Shown one piece after another: positions 39,869-50,053 of a stretch of 64,000 bases of DNA; positions within the stretch are counted from its first letter, which is position 1; each line of letters opens with the position of its first letter. Under the pieces are notes generated by a model. That model made no database searches, was not told the origin of the DNA, and was given only the letters and a program-made list of their open reading frames with translations. Source of the stretch: Hydrolagus colliei (lineage: Eukaryota); assembly GCA_035084275.1 (NCBI GenBank), contig CM068755.1, positions 8,246,001 through 8,310,000 on the forward strand, given 5' to 3'. A program made the translations under genes and the position numbers.

Positions 39869-41359
39869 GTAAATAACAATTGGACTGATATTTAAATAAT
39901 CAAATAATTTTTAGTCATTCATCATTACTGGGGTAAAATTAACTCAGCAATACAATTCTGCATTTTGACCCCTTCCCTTCTATCACTCAGTTTCCAGTTG
40001 AGGCATTTCACTCAGGTGGGTGAAGTACTTGGCCTCTAATTGGCATTTCAAAATTAACCATTCTGAGTTGCTGAGGAGGAGCCTTAGTTAATTCTTTCTT
40101 TGTTTTTTTTCCTTGTTTATGTGGAGGTATGTTTCCTCCACTTGATTTTCCCATTAGATCAGTGCAGCTGAGCTGGGCTCACCGTACAGAAACATGAATA
40201 ATAGTAATGATAATAATCCTTTGGATTTCATATAGTGCCTTTCATACCAGAGCATCTCAAAGACTGTGTTTTGTAGTCAAACATCTCACTGCTCTGTACA
40301 AAACAAGAAATTCCACTAATTGTAGAAATGCCATAATTTGCATATGCAAGAAGACCACCCCCATTAGAAAGGCACTTTGTCAAAGTCAAAGCCCTGGCAT
40401 TCATTATGTGCTGTTTTAAAACTCAAGCCCATGATTGTTCAGATATAATATATCTCCCAGTTGGAAATGTTTTTACAAATAAAGAGTTCTCTAGAACTGA
40501 CTGCTGTATTGTTACGTACAATAAGTTCACCCACACATTTCATTGTTTCACTTCCCTTCCCATTGTGTTAAAATAGTTCAGTGCTACACATTAATTGTAT
40601 TCTTGTAAATACTGTATTCTCCTGGTTAAACTTGTGTTAGGGAGCATAGCTCGGTAGGTGGGGGCATGTCTTCATCTAAGGTTAACTAGTTTTAACCACT
40701 GATTAGAATCGAGTCCATTATGCCATATCGATGGGCGTATTTTGCTTAACTGCAGTGTTCCCAAAGAATCTCTCTTGTGATCTCACTCTAGCCACTATTG
40801 GAATGTGTGTGTTGAAGGAGAAAAAGAGAGAAAACAAGATGAGACTTAGTTCTGAACCCTTCTTTTGATCAAACAAACAACCCACCTCTCTCTCCCCTCC
40901 ACTGTCCAATTTCATGCCTGAAGAATAGACATCTAAATGAGTAAGAAGAGATTTCTATATCTCTTGGGTTCGGATGTAACTTGTATTTAGTTGCCTGATT
41001 GAGCAATTCTATTGCACAATATGGAGAGCTGGCTTTGTGATCGATTTCCCCACCTGGGAAGCTCACTGGACAGCAAGTCTCCAGACCTGTTAACATCCAG
41101 TTAATTTGACAGAAGGAGGAAGAAGTCTGGGAGTAGGTTCCTCTATCTGTTTCTATAGTTCAAGGACATTGTGTTGAGCATGGAAATTGATGAAGGAAAA
41201 TGTTTGAAATGGTTTTAAATTCCCACTCATAAAGCACTCTGATGTTCTGTTCACTTGCAATGCTTTCTTAACACATAAAGCAGGCAACATTTGTGGCATA
41301 GAAAATCACACTCCCACCACCACCGTTCTCTTGTTGCGTTTTGCCTGCAAAATGTACTG

Positions 41360-41830
41360 TCTATTCACTTTACAGTATATTCTGTGAAGTGCTTTTGAGA
41401 CGCTCTCGAAGACATGATAAGGCGCAATATCAAATGTAAGGATTATTATTTATTGACCTACCTACCAGTGGCACAGATTTGTTAGTGTTTATCCTGTCGT
41501 AACACTTGAGAATCTTGATGACCTGTATTATGACCACAAGATTACATAATTATATTATACAAATATATGAATTCGATTAGTTCAAGTGAAGAAGGCTGTT
41601 CCATCAAGAATGCCTCCCTAATATTTGCTCTCCATCCTAAAGCAATAATAAATTGGTCATTTCAATCCATGGTTGTTTGTGGGACACTGCTGTGTGCAAT
41701 TGGCTGCCGTGTTTCGCCCACAAAATACAGTCCATTCACTTTTCAGCATACTCTGTGAAGCGCTTTGAGACGTCTAGAAGATGTGGAAAGAGCTATATCA
41801 AATGCAAGTATTATTATTATTGTTATTATT
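41360..41830 (+). mobile_element. Two 5'-truncated young SINE copies (about 41360-41450 and 41645-41830)
   Basis: Family body and tail ending in (ATT)n. Confidence 0.85.
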
Positions 41831-42035
41831 AACATACTTGTAATATCCTCCCGCTACCTACAAGTCCTGCATAAGATCTGAAGTCATCATCATAGGATAC
41901 GACAATACAGTATTAATTATAAAGCAGAAATTTGTAACTACAAATCCAGATGCTTGCATCAGTCGTTTTGCTGCCAGGTTAACATTCCACAGGATAGCTG
42001 AACTCGACTTTCAGACCCTATTAATACAGGAGATG

Positions 42036-42080
42036 GTGTGTGTGTTTGTGTGGGGGGGGGGGGGGGGGATGGTGGGGTGG
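42036..42080. repeat. (GT)n and poly-G microsatellite
   Basis: Directly visible. Confidence 0.8.
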
Positions 42081-42517
42081 AATTATTCAATTATTCAGAC
42101 CACAGATAGTCATTTTATAAATTCTCCCTGACATTACAGTGAACTGTACTATCTAGGTTTATGTATCCAAGCACAGATGGCAGTAAAAACGTTGCTGACA
42201 TTCCAAAATAATTCATGTTAATCTGCTTCATGCACTCCTGGTGATGGTTTTGCTAATGAGAGTAACAGCTTTGCTTTCCATATTTGTTTGGAACATTGGG
42301 AAGAATTATTACAATATTCATTTGCATTTTGAATTTAAAATTGAATTATCTGTATAAAATTCAATGATATTTATTTTGAAAGAGTAGAGACCGATTTACA
42401 AATGTAATGAATACGTGATAATATACGCTTGTGCTTTCTATTACCGTGTACTGTATCGTGAATCATTTGTTCCTGCTACCTACTAATGCTTGCAGTCACT
42501 TCTGTTTTCCCTTACAG

Positions 42518-42555
42518 ATGAAGGGTATGAGTCTGCTAACATTCCTGGAGCTGAG
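42518..42555 (+). CDS. HMG20A: HMG20A coding exon 5, 38-nt linker exon (DEGYESANIPGAE)
   Basis: Strong acceptor (ttctgttttcccttacag) and GAG|GTAAAC donor. Its phases (1 in, 0 out) bridge the flanking exons exactly. The peptide itself is poorly conserved. Confidence 0.85.
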
Positions 42556-43036
42556 GTAAACCCTGATTCTTAGTAAGGTCCTTACATTCCTATACTAATG
42601 TAAGATATCTGCTCTTCCACTTTTACACAGCTAAAACTATTCCAGCTAATGCATGTTTTGTGTAGGTTACTTTAGGTGTTGGCCACAGCTCCCATTTAAC
42701 TTTCCTCATCCAGAAGCTGATTGAGGCTTTGATGTATTCTAATTAATACCACAAGAGCTATCTGTCAAAGTGCCACACAAAAAAAAATCCACAAATGAGT
42801 GGGAGTTCCTGAATGATTTCTCAGTTTTGTTGGAACAGTATTCGGTGACGGGGAAGGGCTATTTTCCCACACATCACCCTTGCTTCTCCTTCAGATGTTG
42901 CTTCCTGCTGAGGGACAGTTTCATGAGGACCAGCTGCCCTCTAGTACCTCTCCCAAATGGTTATTCTGCTCTTGGGAGACTGAACCATAAGTATACAGCA
43001 AGCTATGCAATCACAGAGGGCATCACAGCTGTACCC

Positions 43037-43815
43037 TAGGGTCCATCGATATGGAAATTTTCCGATTTAGATATATCGATGGGCTCATATCGAGATATAC
43101 CGATATATCGATATTTTCGGGTTTTTCGTACTGCGCGTGCATACAGCGTGCGCATTCGGAATGTGCGTGCATTCGGGGTGTGCGCGCATTCCGGATGCGC
43201 ACGCATTTGGGGCCTATCTCCTCAGGAGGTAAATATCTTTCCCTGTGTCTCTCACTCTCTCCATCTCTGTGTTTTTCTGTCTGTGTCTCTCTCCTCTCTC
43301 ACATCCCCCCCATCCCCCTCCCCGCCCCCCAACCGTCTCTCTCCCCCTCCCTGCCCCCCAGGCGTCTCTCTCCCCTTCCCCCCCAGCCATCTCTCTCCCC
43401 CTCCCCCCCCCAGCTGTCTCTCTCCTCCTCCCCCCCCCCCAGCCGTCTCTCTCCCCCCCCCCCCCCCCAGCCGTCTCTCTCCCCCTCCCCCCCCCCCAGG
43501 CCGTCTCTCTCCCCATCCCCCCCCCCCAGCCGTCTCTCTCCCCTCCCCACCCCAGCCGTCTCTCTCCCCCTCCCCTCCGCCCCTTGCATACCTGTATATT
43601 GTATTCGAGGACTATGAATACAATATGGCGGCTTTGCACCTCGTTCTATGCATTGTGTATAGAGATGAGCTTTCTGGGTCTTGTAGTTCAGTGTACGCGC
43701 ATTCCGATTTTTTACCTCGATATATCGAAAAGTATTTTTGAAATACCTATATCGGCGTATCGATATGAAAATTATATCGAATTTTAGCGATATATCGATA
43801 TATTGCCGGACCCTA
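43037..43815 (-). mobile_element. hAT-type MITE, copy 2, opposite orientation, with internal minisatellite
   Basis: TIR TAGGGTCC/GGACCCTA, 8-bp TSD CTGTACCC/CTGCACCC. The reverse complement of its right end matches the left end of copy 1. Confidence 0.9.
43300..43582. repeat. C-rich minisatellite, unit approximately (C)nAGCCGTCTCTCT
   Basis: About nine visible CCGTCTCTCT-type cores separated by C runs. Confidence 0.9.
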
Positions 43816-44168
43816 CTGCACCCCCATCCTCTTCACACACAGGCCCTTTCAAGTGGTGGTGAAGTTCCAGATAATCATAAGAAAGAGACCCTGTAATCCA
43901 CCCAGCCCACCTTCCTTATTCATATATATATATATATGTGTGAGAAATGGAAAACCTGCTTAATCTATTATTTGAAGACACCTTGTAGACATATTTTATT
44001 CTCTTATTCCATCTTCCTGAAATTGGTTGATTCATTTGTACAGTGCAAAGTTTACTCTTCCCGTACTCTTACCTCATCCAAGTAGGCCATTCTCATTATG
44101 TGAACCCAAGCAGTTAGCATGGGTTGCTCTCATTACACATAATTAAGATCTGATCATTCCCTTTGCAG

Positions 44169-44244
44169 AAAAAAGCTGAGCTGAAGGATAACGCTGTACT
44201 GGACATTCCCATTTTCTCAGAGGAGTTCTTGGACCACAGCAAGG
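44169..44244 (+). CDS. HMG20A: HMG20A coding exon 6 (KKAELKDNAVLDIPIFSEEFLDHSK)
   Basis: TTTGCAG acceptor, AGG|GTAAGA donor, 76 nt, conserved DIPIF(T/S)EEFL motif. Confidence 0.96.
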
Positions 44245-45146
44245 GTAAGAACAGCAACCATGAACACCTGTACAACCTATTCCTTTGCTTGCCAGTAAGG
44301 AAATTAGTCATGGCATTATTATCCACATCTGCATATTTCCAGCAACATGTTATCTACCCTCTTAGTAAGCTATAGGGATATGGGGAAAGAGCAGGTAAAT
44401 GTTCCCTCATAAAATAGCCAGCATAAACATCTTATCAGTATGAGTCCAGAGGTTGCTTTTTGCACTTGGGTGGCTCAAAGGCTTTTAAGGGATTCCTTAC
44501 CAGGTTTGAGGCTATACCACAGTGACTCCATAATCAAGCCTAATAATACAGATAGAACTTCCATCAGGTTTTATCTGACACTTAAAAAAAACATATTTTT
44601 GCCTTTTTTCTGCTGTCCTCTCATGCTGGAGTACAGTTAATATATGCTCAGCTGCCGTCCTCAACCTCATCCCAAATCCTTGTTCTGGTTTCTGACCCCA
44701 GTCCTGACAAATACAACCTCAGATAACATAAACCAATTCATAACAAGGCAGGGATCAGAGTTGAGATCTTCCTGATCTATTTGGGTTGTTGGCAAAACCT
44801 GTAGTACATTTGTCCACTGAGACATAAGATATTTTCACTTTTACAAATCAGGACATGAGAAAATAAACAATACTTGTGAGTGTTCAAGAGATTAATCTCC
44901 AGTGTTTCGATTCAGTGACATGCAGGGGGGTTCATTGCAGAAAACTGTCTCTGGATCTTTTTCAAGCAGATATGCTGTTCAAGCACTTTCAACTCCATTG
45001 ACATTGGGATTAACAACTGGCCTGAATAATTTGGTAGTGTGACAATCCTACACACGTACACTCATTCAGAAAGCTGACCTGGCACAGTACTATTTTTGAA
45101 TACCTTACACACCCAACCCACTGTACATTTTAATAATTTTCCACAG

Positions 45147-45362
45147 CTCGAGAACAAGAACTGCGGCAGCTGCGAAAGTCTAACATTGAATATGAAGAGA
45201 GAAACGCAGCTTTGCAGAAACATGTGGAGAGCATGAAGATGGCGGTAGAGAAGCTAGAGACTGATGTGATACAGGAGCGAAACCTCAAAGGGGTCCTTCA
45301 GCAGCACCTTGAGGCTCTGCGGCAGGCACTGACATCCACATTTGCTACTGTACCATTGCCAG
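45147..45362 (+). CDS. HMG20A: HMG20A coding exon 7: coiled coil (AREQELRQLRKSNIEYEERNAALQKHVESMKMAVEKLETDVIQERNLKGVLQQHLEALRQALTSTFATVPLP)
   Basis: CCACAG acceptor, 216 nt, conserved ELRQLRKSN..EERNAALQKHVESM. Ends at a GC donor, CAG|GCATGT. Confidence 0.95.
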
Positions 45363-46029
45363 GCATGTGAAATCCTGACAATCCACAGGGGCAGGGGGTG
45401 GAGGGGTGCTGTAGAGAGACTATTTCTCATAGTCGAAGCCTTCAGATCATTTGAGGTTATATTTAGGATTTTGTAGTATTTGGGGATCTCCTTAAATTTA
45501 GATTTAATTTGTAAGTCTTTAAGAACTGCAGAAAATTGGTTTCTAATTTTTAATTGAATTAAGAATTTTCAGAAAATTTGGTATGATCATACATTTTCAG
45601 GCAGATCTTAGCATAAAACGATGAGGATTATCAGGCTTCTCATGTTCCTTCATTGGCTCAGTGAACAATGTAGTATTGAGCTGCACTGCGCAGGAATATC
45701 CCTGGTTTGTACTGGGTTACCTTGTGCGGTGGTGAAGGATGCTTAGAAAAAGATTATTTGTGCTTGGAGACCCATATTTCAGCATGAAATAGTGCCTTCA
45801 AGGCAACAAGGAGTACAGAAGGGAGGAATGTAAACTGAACAAGATTTAACAGATTGTTAGTATGCATGCATGATGTGCTCATTGTGCACAACCAGCACAT
45901 ACTTTCAGAAAATTATGCCAAGTGATCTTCAAAGAGTATTTTTTCTATTTAATATATACAGATTTTAATGGGAACTGGGAAAACATCTTCAAATTAACAT
46001 AGGCCCTGGTGCTACTTTTTTTTATATAG

Positions 46030-46166
46030 GGAGTGGTGAGACTCCTACACTGGACACCATTGATTCCTACATGAGGAAACTGCACAGTGTTATTCTGTCT
46101 AGCCCCCACGACAATGAGAATCTCATTGCCACAGTACGCGACTTGGTGAGCCGACTAGACAGGTAA
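46030..46166 (+). CDS. HMG20A: HMG20A coding exon 8 (GSGETPTLDTIDSYMRKLHSVILSSPHDNENLIATVRDLVSRLDR*)
   Basis: ATAG acceptor and conserved C-terminal domain. In-frame TAA at 46164-46166 overlaps the donor AG|GTAAGC after 46162. Confidence 0.95.
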
Positions 46167-47999
46167 GCAGACAGCTACCTAATATCTATGCACCCACTCG
46201 GTTAACTCCACTTCATGTTCTTCTCTGCACCCTTGAAATCATTGACAAGAAGTGGAGGGGTTTGTAGTATTACTCAATGGTCAAATCAGATCTATTCAAT
46301 CAATTGATTTGACTAGATATTTGTTCAATGTAGTTATAGAGCATAGAACAGGGATTAGTTTAGAAGTCTGCAGTTTAAAGAATGGTAGAATAACTTGAGT
46401 TAATTCTATTAACAGTATTTCTTACCTAGTTAACCATGAGACTAGTAATGTTTAAAATATTTATCTGCTAGTGAGAATTTAGAAATTAGTTTCATTTCTG
46501 TTATTATTTGATTATGGACTCTTGAGTTTTGTATTTATTTACCTTAGAATACCATTCTAGACAAGTACAGAAGATAAAAGTTTGATAGTTTCTGTTCTGT
46601 CATATTGCAATATTCAACTAAATTGATCTCTCTCTCTTTCTTTAAAATGATTTTATACACTTTAGAAGGCACAGCATGGAAATGTTGGCATGTTTTCATC
46701 TGTTTTCTTTTCAAAACAGCCAAAAAATAATTGCTCAGAACGGACTTTGACTGATGACATAGAAAGGATGTAAAATGTAAACATTCCCATACTGCTTGAA
46801 GCAGAAAAAGAAGAATTCTTTATTGGATTGATGAAGCAACCTTTTGAATGTCCTTTCTCCTCTTTCTTATCCCTTAGGTGCAGTTGAATCAATCCTTGTA
46901 TTAGGGATATCGACACCAGGTCAAACAGCTGATACGTTACAAGCTAGAGGACCCTGCCTAGATTTGCAACGGGAATGAAATATCAGCTACTACTTGAGGC
47001 CTTGGAGTTGGGCTTGAGAAGAACTTTATAAACTGCATATCCCACCTAGTCTTGCTGGGCTAAAAGTGTGTGGTTCTGCAGAGGGATTGTTACTTCCAAT
47101 TATCCAGAAGAACGGACATCTTATAATTCTTCAAGTTGACTGAAGTCAAATGTCTCTGTACTGCTATGTGATCTTGTAATATTGGAGGCCTTGATTGCTT
47201 ATCACCAAAATCATCCACGTAATAGTTTTTTTTTAACCTTACTCATTGATGATTTGAAAGCAGCTTTCAAGTGAAGCTAGTTAAGACTTTTGAACCTTTG
47301 GGGCTTTTGGAAAGCAGTGTAGTGCAAATGGAAAGCTCATGTGAAAGTGACCATTCTTGCACTGTTAGAAAATCTCCTGGCCCCAAAACAAACCCATGGG
47401 AAAGCAAAAGATATTGCAGAGTATATAAGCCATGATTCACAGGCAGCCTGAAGGAATATATTCATCTGCCAGTCGCAACATTAACATGTGAAACACCATA
47501 AACCTTTAGGTTCAGGAAATCTATTTTCAGTACTGTCATTCTGTTATTTAAATGCCAATTTTTGTTAAATTTTTGGGGGTGAGAGAAGGAAAAAGTGAAG
47601 TGTCTGGGTTCCTCTGTTGGACTGAGACTTGACACTATAATCTGGATTTAGTCTGTGAAAAGATGCAGGGGAGCCTTTAAATTGTATGTGGGTGTTCTCA
47701 GTGGAGAGTTGAAGTCTAACCAAAAAGGCTCATTCCCAGACGCCAAGTGTGGTTTCCACTGCCATTTGTAGTTGCTGTTTGGTTACACTCTGCATCAGAT
47801 TACAGCCGCTTCTGCGGCCAATTCTAACTGAAGCATTATACAACCAGCGTTTATTTGTGTGTGCTTAAAACACCAGTCACAATGCTAGCATATCTTTGTA
47901 TTTAACCCTTTCAGAACCTAAACCAGTCATAAATTTCTGTAAATATAATTCCCTTCCAGTTATTATGGAACAGAATTCAAATGCTTTACAGAGCTGTTG

Positions 48000-49300
48000 A
48001 GACTCCGTAATTCATGCCTGAAGGCCAAAAACAACCCAAGATGCTGTTCTCCACCATCTGTCACTTCCTCCGTGCACCCCTCAAGCTCCCTCTACGTTCA
48101 CGTCAAACCCAAACACGGATGGTCGAGCGCAGATGACAGAAATCCGGCCTCACAATTCATTTTCATCTATGGCTTGAGCACCTCCGCGCCTACCATGCCT
48201 CTTTCACAAACTGCCATTTACTCCAAAGTCATCCAAGAGCCCCAAACAATCCAAAGACACTGTTCTCTACCGTCTGTGCACCCCACTCTTCACCTCCCCC
48301 CCGTCGTCCCCCCCGTCCCCCCACCACCCCAAGCTCCCTCTATCCTTGCATCCAACGTCAAGTGTTAAGAGGACCTAGTTCCCTGCTGGCCGACATGGTC
48401 AACCAGGCTTCACAGGCACCTTTCCACCTCAAAACCGCACCTCAAAAAATCTACCCTCGATCCCTCCAACCTCACATACTATCTTCCCATTTCCAACACG
48501 CCCTTTCTTGCCAAAGTCCTGGAACACATTGTTGCTGGTCAACTTCGGAAACACCTCCCCTCGAGCTCCTTCTGTCTGGTTTTCACCCTGCCCTCAGCAC
48601 AGAGGTAGCGCAGCCTGTCCCTCCCACTCACTGAACCAGTATGTAATCTCAGCATCTAGATCGACTCCCAGATGTCCTCCTTCCCAACATTCAATCCTTT
48701 TTCAGGACCGCCTTCCATCTCTGTCCGCCTCCAACTGTACCTTACCCCAAATGCAGCTAAAACCCTTGTGCATGCTTTTTATCACCTCCACCCTGGATTC
48801 CTCACTGGTTTCACCAGCTCCACTATTCAAAATATCCAGCTCATTCAGAACTCTGCTGCCCACATACTTACCCAGACAAAACTCTATACCCCTACCTCAC
48901 CAGTTCTGGCCTGGCTCCCCATCACCAATAGGTCAACTTCAAGATCCTCACGCTTGTTTTCAAATCCCTTACCTCCCTGGCCTTTTCCTACCTCTCTGAT
49001 CTCCTCCCGAATCCACCATCCGGCGCCTCCACTTGACTGACACTGGCCTTCTGCTTGTCCCTCCGGCCCTCCACTCCTGCATTGGAGCTTGTACATTCAG
49101 CCACGATGCCCTCAAAACTCTGGAATACTCTCCCTCAATCCCTCTTACCTTGCTCCTCTTTTTCAAGTCATGCCTGAAAGCCTTGTTAACCATGCTTATG
49201 GTCACCTTCCCTCCCACCCCATCACCCAGCTCTGCCACTGTTAAATGCTCTGAGAAGCTACCCATATGGAGGGCGCTATTTAAGTACAAATTGTTGTTTT
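48000..49300 (+). mobile_element. Decayed L2-clade LINE
   Basis: AAKTLVHAF, IQLIQNSAAHILT, LAWLP and FKSCLK motifs in broken frames; L2 tail near 49240-49300. Confidence 0.88.
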
Positions 49301-49698
49301 CTAGAACAAGCCCATTCATCAGAAATTGCTCTTTGCGTACACCTGTAGTGCTGCAAAACTGCCACAGTTCTTAAGTGGAGGCATTGAGACAAACATATGC
49401 TACTGGCAGAAGGAACCAGATTAGTTCATTGAATCCGACTGAGACACAAAAGGCACCATCCTTTCACATAAAGCGCTGACCAGTGGAGGCTGTCTGATTA
49501 GCTCTGCTGTAGTAAATCTTCTGTCACAGGGAGGCCTGGCACAAGGTACAAGATGGGAAAGAAAGTAAAAAGAGTCACTCCAGAAACTAAGCCGGATAGA
49601 GCAGGAAGATGCGGGTTCAAATTCAGGTTTGTATTGAGTTAGTTAATTTCTGACTCAGTATCTGGGGCTATAATTGTCCTCTGTGCCTGCCCCATGTA

Positions 49699-50053
49699 CA
49701 GTAGAAGCCCGTTTATCCGTGACATGATTAACCGGATTGCTCGACCCCCTCCCTGAGCAATTCCCCATTTCAGCAATTGCGCGTATGCTCAATTTGCACA
49801 TGCACGCACATGTGCACTTATTAAACTTACGAACTTGGAGGTTTTTACCGATTTTTACCAAGTGTGCTGAAATCTTTATTGGTAAGTAGCTATACAATAT
49901 TCTGTTACTATTTAGTATATTATTAATATACTGTAGTATGTTTTAAAATAAGTACAATTTTGTGTTGGGTTTTCGGCAACTTGCCGCCCGATTATCCGGC
50001 ACAGTCAATTAGTCGACTCCCCCCGAGCGTGCCGGATAAATGGGCTTCTACTG
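49699..50053. mobile_element. Tc1/mariner-superfamily (Tigger/pogo-like) MITE, 355 bp
   Basis: 21-bp TIRs CAGTAGAAGCCC(G/A)TTTATCCG with one mismatch, flanked by TA on both sides, no transposase ORF. Confidence 0.9.

Noticed and set aside
43300-43582. Regularly spaced repeats resembling a CRISPR array
   Set aside because: Spacers are only C runs, the context is a vertebrate intron, and there are no cas genes.
43051-43787. Long Pro-rich and Gly/Arg-rich ORFs (up to 220 aa) in several frames
   Set aside because: They arise from the stop-free C-rich minisatellite inside a MITE and are open on both strands.
32555-46166. Assignment as HMG20B instead of HMG20A
   Set aside because: The N-terminal TLPPLFAD and NNPEFVEDLSQ segments and the RLDR end are HMG20A-type.
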